A stretch of 63,034 nucleotides of DNA, counting the filler, from Octopus bimaculoides (lineage: Eukaryota): assembly GCF_001194135.2 (NCBI RefSeq). It is 8 parts of 6 records of this genome, joined end to end, with 100 filler letters (N's around TTAATTAATTAA, not from the genome) between each part and the next. Parts side by side here need not be neighbours in the genome. Positions count along the whole stretch, not along the records: positions 25,136 to 27,504 come from NC_068988.1; positions 27,605 to 41,022 come from NC_068985.1; 6 more parts are not named here. The stretch is one strand, 5' to 3'. The position numbers were made by a program, and so were the translations under genes. The notes under the pieces are model-generated. The model ran no database searches. It saw only the letters and a program-made list of their open reading frames with translations, and was not told the DNA's origin. Positions 26,173 to 38,964 of this stretch are shown piece after piece (position 1 is the stretch's first letter; each line of letters begins with the position of its first letter).

Positions 26173-27062
26173 ACGTNNNNNNNNNNNNNNNNNNNNNNNN
26201 NNNNNNNNNNNNNNNNNNNNNNNNNNNNNNNNNNNNNNNNNNNNNNNNNNNNNNNNNNNNNNNNNNNNNNNNNNNNNNNNNNNNNNNNNNNNNNNNNNNN
26301 NNNNNNNNNNNNNNNNNNNNNNNNNNNNNNNNNNNNNNNNNNNNNNNNNNNNNNNNNNNNNNNNNNNNNNNNNNNNNNNNNNNNNNNNNNNNNNNNNNNN
26401 NNNNNNNNNNNNNNNNNNNNNNNNNNNNNNNNNNNNNNNNNNNNNNNNNNNNNNNNNNNNNNNNNNNNNNNNNNNNNNNNNNNNNNNNNNNNNNNNNNNN
26501 NNNNNNNNNNNNNNNNNNNNNNNNNNNNNNNNNNNNNNNNNNNNNNNNNNNNNNNNNNNNNNNNNNNNNNNNNNNNNNNNNNNNNNNNNNNNNNNNNNNN
26601 NNNNNNNNNNNNNNNNNNNNNNNNNNNNNNNNNNNNNNNNNNNNNNNNNNNNNNNNNNNNNNNNNNNNNNNNNNNNNNNNNNNNNNNNNNNNNNNNNNNN
26701 NNNNNNNNNNNNNNNNNNNNNNNNNNNNNNNNNNNNNNNNNNNNNNNNNNNNNNNNNNNNNNNNNNNNNNNNNNNNNNNNNNNNNNNNNNNNNNNNNNNN
26801 NNNNNNNNNNNNNNNNNNNNNNNNNNNNNNNNNNNNNNNNNNNNNNNNNNNNNNNNNNNNNNNNNNNNNNNNNNNNNNNNNNNNNNNNNNNNNNNNNNNN
26901 NNNNNNNNNNNNNNNNNNNNNNNNNNNNNNNNNNNNNNNNNNNNNNNNNNNNNNNNNNNNNNNNNNNNNNNNNNNNNNNNNNNNNNNNNNNNNNNNNNNN
27001 NNNNNNNNNNNNNNNNNNNNNNNNNNNNNNNNNNNNNNNNNNNNNNNNNNNNNNNNNNNNNN

Positions 27063-27113
<51 letters not shown>

Positions 27114-27223
27114 TATAGATATATTTACACATACGTCTATATATATGCATGTATGTATGTATTATGTATATAGATAGAGTCAGACAGGCAGACAGACAAA
27201 CAGTCAGACAGACAGACAGATAC

Positions 27224-27277
<54 letters not shown>

Positions 27278-27462
27278 GACGTACACTTACGTAGAAGGAA
27301 ATATCGCCACAGCTCATGCAGTTGAAACGATACAATGAATTCTTCAGCTTGAAAAATATATTTACTTCACCAATTAATTTATTGTTGGGTAACTGAGTAC
27401 AATTTGTCGTTGTCGTGAACATATGAATCTATCATTATAAATGCATACACACATATACACAT

Positions 27463-27504
<42 letters not shown>

Positions 27505-27910
27505 NNNNNNNNNNNNNNNNNNNNNNNNNNNNNNNNNNNNNNNNNNNNTTAATTAATTAANNNNNNNNNNNNNNNNNNNNNNNNNNNNNNNNNNNNNNNN
27601 NNNNTATTATTATTATTATTATTATTTAGTCTTATTTCCTTCATAAATTCAACTGCTGGTTAAATACCATAGTTCTTATGGAATGAGAATTTAATTTTTT
27701 TAATTTCAATGATTATAATTCTCAGCAACAGTATTTTTACTTCTTTGTTACTTTCCCCCCACCCTTAGTTATCACCCTTCATATTTCCTCCAAATTAGTC
27801 ATGCTTAAACAATTCCATTTGGAAGGGGATTTTTCTGTTGCTTTTTTTTTTTTTTGTTCTTTGCAAATGTTGCTTTCATCTCTACTTCTATGAACTGTAT
27901 TCATTGGTAT

Positions 27911-27978
27911 TCACATGATAGATGGACAAAGTACACACATCTTCTTTGGTCCTACACAGAAACGGTGGTAGGCATGAC
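27911..27978 (-). CDS. HPS5: Terminal coding exon of probable HPS5 (BLOC-2 subunit): (G)HAYHRFCVGPKKMCVLCPSIM*
   Basis: Acceptor tttgtttttctttctag|GT CAT. The phase-1 start matches the upstream exon and completes a RING-H2. Stop TGA at 27911-27913. Confidence 0.85.
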
Positions 27979-28796
27979 CTAGAAAGAAAAACAAATTCAA
28001 ATAATAAAAAAAAAGAAGATTTGGTAAGTCATTAATAACATTTTGATGAACTGATGTATAAACATCATGAAATATATCCACAGTATCTAAGAGATCAATT
28101 GATAATACACCATTAAACTCCAATATGTTATTACAATGCACTAAATCCTAGATGAATAAACTTGCATATATATTGGTGGTGGAGGCTTTATCTCATAACT
28201 GAGAATTTAGTTTCTTCTTTGCTGAATGCTTCTTTTATGGTGACAGCATTGATGATTCGTGCATAGAAAAGTTGATGGCATTGACTGCATAGTAATGGTC
28301 GAGGATGAGGTTGGTTTTATTGAGCCTCTCTCTCCTGTCATTTGATTTCTTACTTTTCTGGTGGTTTCAAAGTTTTTGGTTCCTATGGTACACCACTACT
28401 TGGTGTGGTCTCAAGCATGTGTTTCAAATAATTTAAGCTTGAGTCCAGTGGCTTTCAGTGTTGTTTTGAGTTGGTCCTTGTATCTTTGAAGCGGGCAACC
28501 CTGCAGTTTTTTTTTTTCTTTTTTTTCCCATGAAGTGAGCTTGCTGAATAAGACTTGGCATGGGAACTTTGACTCTTCCAAATCTCATGAACTGGCTAAA
28601 AATGATTTTTTATCTTGATTATATGGGTAAAATATATTTAAATTAATTCATTGTGTATGTTATGTAATTATGTAAATGATGATGTTTTTATTCTATTAAA
28701 ACAACTATTCAGTACAAATGCCATGTGAGAGAATTTGGTTAATGGAAATTCTACAAAGCCTGTCCTATATATAGATATATATATATACATAAAAGT

Positions 28797-29028
28797 GCCT
28801 ATGTAGTGACACATAAAAGCGACCATGCAGTGCCATGTAAAAAGTGCCTATGTGACACCATGTAAAAGCACCCAGCACTCTCTGTAAAGTGGTTGGCATT
28901 AAGAAGGGCATCCAACTGTAGAAGCCATGCCAAATCAGACTGGAGTCTGGTACAGCTCCCCAGCTTGCCAGCTCTGGTCAAACTATCCAACCCATACCAG
29001 CATGGAGAATGGATGTTAAATGATTATG
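28797..29028 (+). mobile_element. 3'-end repeat of RTE-like LINE or derived SINE (CpG-decayed)
   Basis: gtaaaagcaccc...ggttggcattaagaagggcatccaactgtagaa...cccataccagcatggagaatggatgttaaatgat; homologous to 38131-38352. Confidence 0.6.
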
Positions 29029-29269
29029 GTGTGTGTATGGTATATGTATGTATGCTGGTGGCATAAATGCTTAAATTCTGAACTAAGTTGAGCTACAGAT
29101 GACGAAGTCTGTTAATATTTCCCTGTCCACAAATTATCCACTATCTCTGTACTTCTAAAGAAAACTCCTTTATTTGAAAAACAGGTAGGCAAACCTTGTG
29201 GTGTGCAGCCGATTAATGCACTTTGTGTTGAATTAATGTGGTTTTTCTCTCTTTTCTCTTCTTTTTTTT

Positions 29270-29660
29270 CATTTTTCTTTTACTTGTTTCAGTCATTTGA
29301 CTGCGGCCATGCTGGAGTACCACCTTCAAGTGTATTAGTCAAACAAATCGACCTCAGGACTTACTTTTTTTAAAGCCTAGTACTTATTTTATTGGTCTCT
29401 TTTGCCAAACTGCTAGGTTATGGGGATTAAACATACCAACATCAGTTGTCAAGTGGTGGTGGTGGTGGTGGTGGTGGTGGGGATAAACACAGATACAAAG
29501 ATACACACACACACATAGATGTATATATATATGATAGGCTTCTTTCAGTTTCTATCTACCGAATCCACTCATGAGACAGAGGCTATAGTGCCCAAGGTGC
29601 CACATAGTGGGACTGTACCCGGAATCATGCAGTTGGGAAGTAGTCTTCCTACCACACATC
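29270..29660 (-). mobile_element. CORE-like SINE (CpG-decayed), intronic
   Basis: tttacttgtttcagtcatttgactgcggccatgctggag...cttctttcagtttctatctacc...cccaaggtgccacatagtgggactg. Confidence 0.8.
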
Positions 29661-30023
29661 CATGCCTGCACCTATGCTCATGTTTGTGCTTTCTTCAGTT
29701 TTGGATTTGTATTTTAATGTAGATTATTTATGTAATTAAGTGCATGTACATAAGCCATTGGTAGGTACAGGTGAGCAACAAAGAGGGCATCTGACAGTAA
29801 TAAGCACTTGTTAAACCCATGCACACTAAGCAACCACAAAGAGGTTGCCTCATTGGCTCATCAATGTGTTGTGACTAATAGCATCCTGCTGAGAAGTAAA
29901 CAAACAGATAAGCTACCCCAACAATACATGTGCTAATAGGTAAATTTGTAGACCTTTCCAAACTAGATAATAACTGACTGTAATTAATAAATGTAGAGAG
30001 AAAAAGAACTTAGAATAACTTAC

Positions 30024-30100
30024 CACATTCAAATATCACAATGCCAGATTCCATGTGTGAAATAACAGCTGATAGGGTGACATGACAGCAGGGACAAGCA
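30024..30100 (-). CDS. HPS5: Penultimate exon of probable HPS5: (T)ACPCCHVTLSAVISHMESGIVIFEC(G)
   Basis: attttcattccacag|...TGT G|gtaagt. 77 nt, phase 2 in and phase 1 out, matching both neighbours. Confidence 0.9.
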
Positions 30101-30432
30101 CTGTGGAATGAAAATATATTCAGAATCTTTAATAAGGTTTGGTTGAAAGAAAAACATATCAGAAGTAAAAACAAATGTAGTAAAAAGACATTCTCTTCTC
30201 CATGTCTTTCTCTTGCATGTTTAGACCACAACAAAGTTTCTTTTTAAAACAAAATGCCACACATTCTTTCTCAAAATTTATTAAACTTTNNNNNNNNNNN
30301 NNNNNNNNNNNNNNNNNNNNNNNNNNNNNNNNNNNNNNNNNNNNNNNNNNNNNNNNNNNNNNNNNNNNNNNNNNNNNNNNNNNNNNNNNNNNNNNNNNNN
30401 NNNNNNNNNNNNNNNNNNNNNNNNNNNNNNNN

Positions 30433-30476
<44 letters not shown>

Positions 30477-30789
30477 CACATATATATATATATATATACA
30501 CACACATATATACACATACATAGTTACAAATATGAATAAGAGTGCATGTAAACTAATGTGTTACATACTGTTGTTATACATACTCTCATATTCACATACC
30601 TTTGTGAATAAATGGGTGTGCATCCTTGTTCAAATTGGGGAGCAAGTGAATTTTTGCACAAGCTTCACTGATACATAACACTGTACAAACATATATGCAT
30701 ATCAACATATATAGACCTGTTATCTTATATCTCTGTAATAGGCCATTTACATACACCCTTTATTCCTTTCTTGGAAGCACATCAAAGTG

Positions 30790-31645
30790 CAAGGAAAAGA
30801 CAAGAGGCTACTTCAAGTGAGGAGGAACAGGCCAGCAAGTGTGCTGGGATGAGGCATCAGAGAGCTTGGTTAAGATGATACCAAGCTATGAAATGCAAAG
30901 TCTCATGGCTTGATCTTTGGAAAGCAGAGCCTCACCAGATAAAATTCCTAATTCAAGCAATTTATGATGTCCTATGAAGCCCATTCAACTTGTTTGGCTG
31001 GGGAAAGTTGGAGTTGACATATTTCCCCCTGTGTGCAAGGAGAGCAACCCTAGAGCATATTCTCAGTCCTGGGGAAGGGATGCTACCGCTAGAAGCATGA
31101 TCATGTTTTGAGGGTCATAGCAGACACTGTCCAAAATGCAATTAGTCACAGCAAGTAATGAAACTAGGGAAGCAGCTGAAGTTTCCAGAAACTGTCACTT
31201 AAACATCACTTAGGTTGGATATGGAGCTGATGTCAGAAGCATCCAAACAAGTGGTTCTCTTGGAATTCTCCATTCCCAGGGAAGACCACAAGAGCAAGAG
31301 GAGGAAATATACTAAGCTAGTGGAATTATGCCAGTGCAATAGCTGGCAAGCAAGGTGGGGGTCTCATTGAGGTAGGATGTAGAAGGTTTTGCAGGCCAGT
31401 CCCTCTAAGGTGTTTACTGCATACTTGGCATTAAAAGGGACAGTAGGATGAAGGGCATCAAGTAAGCTGTGGAGGCACCAGAAGCTGCTTCAAGGTAGCA
31501 GTTGATCAGGAGGTGCAAGCCCTAGAAGGGGCGGTGTTATGATTTGATCAAGCCTGGCCAGGTTACTTGGGTGAGGGTGTCTGGTGTTGAAAGACCTGAA
31601 ATACCTAATTACCCCAAGAAACATCACTGATGATCTGTCCACATG
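30790..31645 (+). mobile_element. HERO-like (R2/NeSL-group, RLE endonuclease) non-LTR retrotransposon, 5'-truncated and decayed, antisense within the intron
   Basis: MRHQRAWLR*..KVSWLDLWKAEPHQIKFLIQAIYDVL*SPFNL..WG..PLC..RATLEHILS / YR*KHDHVLRVIAD / LDMELMSEASKQVVLLEFSIP / IEVGCR-FAGQSL. 3' UTR gatcaagcctggccagg...ggtgagggtgtctggtgttgaaagacctgaaa...catcactgatgatctgtcc. Confidence 0.8.
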
Positions 31646-31667
31646 TGTCACATGATGAATTATCATC

Positions 31668-31885
31668 TCATCATCATCACCTTTTAATATCTGTTGTCCA
31701 TGAGTTGGACGGTTTGACCAGAACTGGCAAGCTAGAGAGCTGCACCAGGCTCCAGTCTGATTTGGCTAGGTTTCTACAGCTGGATTCCCTTCCTAATGCT
31801 AACCACTTTACAGAGTGCATCAGGTGTTTTTATGCGACACCATATGAGCGCTTTTACATGGCACTGGCACAAGTACTTTTTATAT
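31668..31885 (-). mobile_element. RTE-like 3'-end repeat (CpG-decayed)
   Basis: (CAT)n...gggttggacggtttgac...tttctacagctggattcccttcctaatgctaaccac. Confidence 0.6.
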
Positions 31886-32669
31886 GGCATCAGTATAGGA
31901 CTATTGCAAGCCACTCTTCTTCACCAGGGTAAGTGGCCTTAACGCTTAATCTGTGGAGTATGAGTCTTCTTGAGTACAGCAAGGTGCCAGGCCTGGGAAA
32001 TATATACATATATTTACACACACACACACATGCATATACACACAGATAAGTGTATACACAAAAGAAAAGAGTACCTAACATATGTTGTGGAGGTTAATAT
32101 TTGGATTAACACTGACTCAGATTTACCTTACTCAGTGAAATTGTATACACATAATCAGAAATGCTTTTGGCATTTGTGAAACTTCTAGTAATGGAATTCT
32201 AAGTTAAACTATTAATACAAATGTATTACACACACACATATGTTCAGTGCATACTGAAAATATATATCTTATGTGATAGTTATGAACACACAAAGTTACA
32301 CGCACATAAACAAATTTATGAAATGTGTAATGAAAGTATCTTCATTATAATTTATCCCCGACAATCACTCCATCACTTCTTCATTAGATCTGGGCAAAAA
32401 AAAAAAAAAAAAANNNNNNNNNNNNNNNNNNNNNNNNNNNNNNNNNNNNNNNNNNNNNNNNNNNNNNNNNNNNNNNNNNNNNNNNNNNNNNNNNNNNNNN
32501 NNNNNNNNNNNNNNNNNNNNNNNNNNNNNNNNNNNNNNNNNNNNNNNNNNNNNNNNNNNNNNNNNNNNNNNNNNNNNNNNNNNNNNNNNNNNNNNNNNNN
32601 NNNNNNNNNNNNNNNNNNNNNNNNNNNNNNNNNNNNNNNNNNNNNNNNNNNNNNNNNNNNNNNNNNNNN

Positions 32670-32726
<57 letters not shown>

Positions 32727-32854
32727 ATAAGAATGCATATTTACATGCATATACATATTATATATAGTAGTGTGAACATGCTAGCATAAATATAGCATAT
32801 CTGGCGTTGACAGTGGGACTTGTATATGAGGATTAATTGGTAAACAGGCTGTGT

Positions 32855-33125
32855 GGAGGTGCAGGTGTGGCTGTGTGGTAAGAACTTCCCAACCACATGG
32901 TTCCAGGTTCAGTCCCACTGCATGACACCCTGGGCAAGTGTCTTCTATTATAGCCTTGGGCAGACCAAAGCCTTGAGAATGGATTTGGTAGACAGAAATA
33001 TGTATGTATGTCCCTGTAATTTAGCAGTTCAGCTAAAAAGACACTGGTAGAATAAGTACCAGGCTAAAAATTCTTCAAGGCAGTACCCCAGCATGGCTGC
33101 AGTCTGACTGAATCAAGTAAAAGAT
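32855..33125 (+). mobile_element. CORE-like SINE, internally deleted and CpG-decayed
   Basis: ggtgcaggtgtggctgtgtggtaagaac...ctgggcaagtgtcttctattatagcc...ccccagcatggctgcagtc. Confidence 0.8.
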
Positions 33126-33153
33126 AAAAAAATAAAAGATATGTATACATATA

Positions 33154-33318
33154 GGCGCAGGAGTGGCTGTGTGGTAAGCAGCTTGCTTACCAACCACATG
33201 GTTCTGGGTTCAGTCCCACTGTGTGACACCTTGGGCAAGTGTCTTCTACTATAGCCTCGGGCCGACCAAAGCCTTGTGAGTGGATTTGGTAGACGGAAAC
33301 TGAAAGAAGCCCGTCGTA

Positions 33319-33369
<51 letters not shown>

Positions 33370-33716
33370 TTCATGCTCCTTATTGACTCGTGCTTCATAT
33401 GTTGTCTGGTCATTTCTGCTGATGATAGTCCGACCTTGTAGGATATATAATTTTTATTTTACTAAAATTGACTTGAAACCATGGTACAGAATATAGATTG
33501 GTAAATGTTTTTATTTTTCATTCCCTTTCGAAATTATCCCCAATTTTGTGGTATGTAGTCTTTTGCTGCTATTTCTAGCGGGTTAGATGTCTTATTATAG
33601 ACATCTCTGCATTTTAAACGAATAATACATAGTCTATTGACTGTTTTTTACTCTCGCTGGACCACTGGTGGTAAATAACATTTCTAAAATTTTTTTGCTA
33701 CCCTATAATTTATTAA

Positions 33717-33757
<41 letters not shown>

Positions 33758-33970
33758 GTATGTGTGTCTTGGTTTATCTCTCCAACATTGCTCGACAACC
33801 TATGCTGGTGTGTTTACGTCCCCGTAACTTCGCAGTTCAGCAAAAGAGACCGATAGAATAAGTACTAGGCTTCCAACGAATAAGTCCTGGGGGTCGATTT
33901 GCTCGATTAAAGGCGGTGCTCCAGCATGGCCACAGTCAAATGACTGAAACAAGTAAAAGAGTAAAAGAGT
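33154..33970 (+). mobile_element. Young CORE-like SINE split at its internal (TA)n by an insertion of about 350 bp
   Basis: Head 33154-33316, foreign sequence about 33369-33715, body and tail about 33766-33970 (ttgctcgacaacc...ggcggtgctccagcatggcc...gtaaaagagtaaaagag). Confidence 0.85.
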
Positions 33971-34484
33971 ATATGTATATGCATACATATGTGCAGAGTA
34001 GCCTGTTAATAACCTTTACCTTTCAAGTTATCTGAATCAACTGGAGTGAAACAACAAATAGAGAGAGACAATGAAAGTAATAGTCAAAAGAATCTGGTTA
34101 ACGTTGTGCCAAGCTCACTCACCTGTCGATTCAGATAACTTGAAAGAAATCTCCCTCTGTGTGAGTGTTGATCCCCACTGCTTTTCTCTCTCTATTTATT
34201 GTATTTTTAATACTCTTTTACTTCTACTCTTCTTATCTTTCCTATTAACATTTGGTTTTATGCTACTCTCTTTTAGAATATACATCTCTAGTACAACCGT
34301 GTTCTCTTATGTTCTGCTTACAGTTAGACATACTTTTCTCACAGCTCTCTGCTTTAAATCAGTTTTATAGCCTTAATGTCTTATGTGTTTTTTCCAGTTT
34401 ACTGTCACTCCTTTGCATATGCATCACAAAGAAGTGTGGATTGAAAATAAATTATTTCAAGCTGAAGTATATACCATAGATGCA

Positions 34485-36170
34485 GCAGTGGCTGTGTGGT
34501 AAGAAGTTTGCTTCCCAACCACATGATTCGAGTTCAGACCCACTGTGCAGCACCTTGGGCAAGCCTTTTACCACAGTCCCAGACCAATCAAAGCTTTTGT
34601 GTGTATGTTTGTGTTTGTCCACTCACAAAATCGCTTGACAACCAGTGTTGGTTTATGTCCTCGTATGGTTCATGATTCAGTAAATAGACCTCAGTCTGCA
34701 ACTGGTACTCAGAAGTATCAGCTCAAAATGTTCTTGTGCATCATTAACCATGGAACTCTACCCTTATTGTAGGCATTGGCATCAGATGGACATTTTGATC
34801 AATAAGCAAAAGAGTATATGCAAAGTTTATTTAATCCCAAAAGGATGAAAGGCAAAGTTGATCTTGGTGGAATTCAAACTCAATGTAAAGATGGGATAAA
34901 ATGGTGCTAAGCATTTTGCCTGGTGTGCTAATGGTTCTGCCAGCTCACTTCCTTATATAGCTAGAATATATTACTGGCTAATTAAAGTCCTTACTTTGTT
35001 AAGAGATTTGTGGGATTTTAGTGAGATTTGCCTGTTATTTCTAATTTCTAGCAGATCAAGTAGCCACATAGAGGCATCTTTATTGGCTTCTCTCTATTCC
35101 AGAAGTTATTAGGAAGAAGGTCCTTCTTGAGACGCAACCTCATAAGGTCAGTTTTCTGGATTTTGTGGTGTATATATATTCCCCACTGGATAGGATGCCA
35201 GGATTACTCATTTTTGCCAGATGAGTGAACTGGAGCAATGTGAAAGGAAGTGTTTTGTTCAAAAACACAATGTATCACTTGGTCCAAAAATTGAAACCAC
35301 AATCTTACAATCATGAGTGCAACATCCTAACCACTAAGCCAGTAGAAGGTAATGTTTCACAAAATCAACCACACCTGGAAACCAGAAATTTGGAATTCAT
35401 CAGTAACTGCAGCATATCTCAATAGTCCCTGGAGACAATGGATCAGCAAATTCATTTCAAAATACTCCACTTCTTATTTCTTTTACATTTGCCCTAGGCT
35501 CACATGTATATTACATCTTACATGTACGAAATATCTAGCATACACTTCATTTCCATCACTGGTAATGTTTATGTAAGCAGAAAAATTAAACAAAGCTCAA
35601 GTTCTGTGTTCAAATCCCACAAAAGTCAACTTAGTCCTTCATACTTTTGGAGTCATTAAAATAAAGTACCCAGTCAAGTAATGAGATTGTTGTAATAGAC
35701 TAAAGTTCTTATCTCAAAATTGCTGGCTTTGTGCCGATTGTATAAATCTTTATTAATTAATTGAAAAGTAGACATAATAATTTCTGATTCAAGCACAAGG
35801 CCAGCAATTCTTACGTATTGAGCCCAATACTTGACTGGTCAATCCTGGACAGATGAAAGGCAAAGTTGGCCTTGAAGGGATTTGAACTCATAATATAAGG
35901 AGTCTGAAGAAATATTGCATGGCGTTTTGTCAGGTCGCCACTCTTGAAAGTGGAGTTGATTCTTTCTATTGTAGGCACATGCCTGAAATTCTGGGAGCAG
36001 GAGACTAGCCGATGACATTGACCCCAATACTCGAATGATATTTATTGACCCCCGAAAGAATGAAAGATAAAGTGGACCTCGGTGGAATTAGAACGCGAAA
36101 GTGGAAGAAATACCGCAAAGCATTTTGTCCGACGCAGTAACTATTCTGCATGCTCACCGTCTTGAAAATA
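34485..36170. mobile_element. Dense stack of SINEs (CORE-like, Meta/MESC-like and others), mostly CpG-decayed
   Basis: Recognisable family motifs at 34485-34720, 34780-34955, 35000-35090, 35180-35345, 35580-35750, 35780-35940 and 35970-36170. Confidence 0.7.
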
Positions 36171-36458
36171 AAGATAATAAATCTGCGAATAATATAGAAT
36201 TTATAAAGGGGATTACTCGGGAATATTTATTAAGAGTTGTTTCCCTTGGAATATTTATTTATTTATCGGAGAATATGGGTTATTGTTTTTTGTTTTGTGA
36301 ATAATATCTAAAGTCATTTGCAAAAAGCCAATCACTGCAATTACGATAATGAGTTACAATGAATTATCAGTTCACCACGGACGAAATAACTATCACCAAA
36401 GATTTTCGTTCAAGAGAAATGGTTTATCTGTTTGTACACTCAATATAAATATATGTAA

Positions 36459-36510
<52 letters not shown>

Positions 36511-36789
36511 TATACAATAACAGTAGCCGAATCTTCTGCAAGCTTTAGCAGAAAAAAATCTCCCATTAAAATAAAAGCATTCTTTGATTCAGCATTACAT
36601 TAATTCTCAGATTTATAGTTTTGATTCCCATATANNNNNNNNNNNNNNNNNNNNNNNNNNNNNNNNNNNNNNNNNNNNNNNNNNNNNNNNNNNNNNNNNN
36701 NNNNNNNNNNNNNNNNNNNNNNNNNNNNNNNNNNNNNNNNNNNNNNNNNNNNNNNNNNNNNNNNNTATATATATATATATATATATATA

Positions 36790-36965
36790 TTAATAGTAAT
36801 GGTAAGACAACAAAAGAATGAAAGAGACCTCGATATTATGGAAATAGAGGAATTTATCTGTAAATATAATATGTGACAATTATTCGGTAGCCGTGATAAA
36901 ACTCCGAGCTTCGGATGTCGGGGCGGAAACCCACACCGGCATCTCTTCAGTTATCGGGCCATCAA
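36790..36965 (-). mobile_element. Penelope-like pLTR fragment (family assignment by recollection)
   Basis: CpG-rich island within a decayed region, carrying a hammerhead fold. No ORF. Confidence 0.5.
36895..36955 (-). ncRNA. Type I hammerhead ribozyme-like motif (one core variant, GAAA>GAAG)
   Basis: GAUAA-CUGAAGA-GAUG..hairpin..CAUC-C-GAAG-CU-CGG-AG-UU-UUAUC. Stem I is GAUAA/UUAUC; stems II and III can form. Confidence 0.65.
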
Positions 36966-37751
36966 AAAATGCTATAAAAATGACCATTAAACAAAGGGAA
37001 ATTACTATGTGATTGACCGTTATTAAGACAAAAGAGCTATTAGAATGACTGCTAAATAAGGGGAGGGGAGTAAAAGGTAAAGGAGTAAAAATGTTCATAG
37101 CAATCGTGTAAGCGCGAATGTCCCTACATACACATGCACGCCTGCACACCCATGTACATGTGCCTATATGCATATGCTCATCCACACTCACTTGAAACAC
37201 ACACATGCTCACCCACACATTTGCCAAAGAACATATACATACCCACACACACACACACACACACACACATGCACAAAGAAGATTCATATACACATCTATA
37301 TGCGCACATGCACAAGAAAAAGATAGGGCGAAAGGCAAAATACAGAAAAATGTGTAAAAAATAAAGCAATGGGTGCAAAGTGTGGTTGACAAGTTTGTTT
37401 CCCAACCACGTGGTTTTGTGGCACTTTCTAATACATAGCTTCAGGTTGATCAAAGCCTTGTGAGTGGATCTGGGTGGGAGAACGTGAAAAAAAACCCATT
37501 GTGTATATGTATGTGTGTCTTGACATCATATGATGGTTGTAAATGAACATCATTGTCATACAAGCGAAGTGTTTTACATCCAGACATTTGCAAAACTCAT
37601 GTCTCACTATGAAGAAATATTATCTTGCTGGGAAACCGGTGAGTATTAGCAACAGAAGGGCATCTGGCTGAAGAACATCTGCTTCAGCAAATTCCATCTG
37701 ACCCATGTAAGATTTGAAAAGTGGACATTAGATTATGATCTATATATATTA

Positions 37752-37945
37752 TCATCATCATCATCATCACCAGCATTTAACGTCAGTTTTCCATGCTGGC
37801 ATGGGTTGGACGGTTTGACTGAGGACAGGCAAGCTAGTAGGCTGCACCAGGCTCCAATCTGCTCTGGCAAAGTCTCTACAGCTGGATGCCCTTCTTAACA
37901 ACAACCACTCCAAGTGTATAGTGGGTGTTTCTTACATACCACCCA
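37752..37945 (-). mobile_element. RTE-like 3'-end repeat
   Basis: Inverted homologue of 38131-38352. Confidence 0.65.
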
Positions 37946-38078
37946 ACTGGTACAGGAGCCAGTTGAGGGGGGGGGCACTATATTTTATTTATATATATAT
38001 ATATATATAACGTGAGAGAGTTAGGGGTTGGGGGTTCAACCCACTAAGGGATAGGGTTCAGCATATTATCCTCCATTT

Positions 38079-38112
<34 letters not shown>

Positions 38113-38130
38113 GATAGATATATATATAGA

Positions 38131-38352
38131 CACCATTTCGAGCGTGGCAGTTTTCGTGCGGGTGACACGTAAAAGCACCCACTACACTCTCTGAGTGGTT
38201 GGCGTTAGGAAGGGCATCCAGCTGTAGAAACTCTGCCAAATTAGATTGGAGCCTGGTGTTGCCATCCGGTTTCACCAGTCCTCAGTCAAATCGTCCAACC
38301 CATGCTAGCATGGAAAGCGGACGTTAAACGATGATGATGATGATGATGATGA
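38131..38352 (+). mobile_element. Young RTE-like LINE 3' end or derived SINE with (GAT)n tail
   Basis: ...ggttggcgttaggaagggcatccagctgtagaaac...ggaaagcggacgttaaacgatgatgat. CpGs are intact. The clade name is from recollection. Confidence 0.7.
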
Positions 38353-38894
38353 TATACACACACACACATACATACATACATACTCACATGCTCCATTTTC
38401 ATCACTGGTAATGTTTATGTAAGCAAAAACATTAAGCAACGCTTCATTTATCAATTGAGTTCATGCATGAAGATCACACCATCTTCATAATGTTAGTCAA
38501 GTTTTTCTTTATTGTTGGGCTACAATGAAACAGGCGGACAGTGCTGCCAAGTCTTTTTTTCATTGCTAATCAGTTCATTTCATCACCTTTCTCTGAAGTA
38601 TCATTTCAAGTTGAGGATGAGTGAACACATACATTTTTTTCTTAATGGCCATCTTAGCATTCATATTTCTTTGTCAAATGTAATGCTTATTTATTTGTGT
38701 CATTTTCAATTAATCATGCATTATTCCATAGATTCAAGATACCAATGATATGATTGTTTTATACTAAGATTGATACTGTAGGGTAGTAGGAAAGGCTGGA
38801 TCTGCTTAATTTGAACATAAAACGGAGAATATTCTGGCTGGCTATGGCCAGTTTAAATGCTAAAGGGTTAACACAGTTGTTACTGCATTTCTAC

Positions 38895-38895
<1 letters not shown>

Positions 38896-38936
<41 letters not shown>
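38896..38936 (+). repeat. Poly(A) run (41 nt), intronic
   Basis: Direct reading. Confidence 0.9.
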
Positions 38937-38940
<4 letters not shown>

Positions 38941-38964
38941 AGAAAATACTTTACTGAAACTTAC

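Noticed and set aside
30600-30680. Minus-strand exon-like segment (acceptor tgtttgtacag, donor AAG|gtatgt) in the HPS5-like intron
   Set aside because: The flanking exons join directly in phase 2. In that phase this segment has a stop, so it is at most a poison exon and is unsupported.
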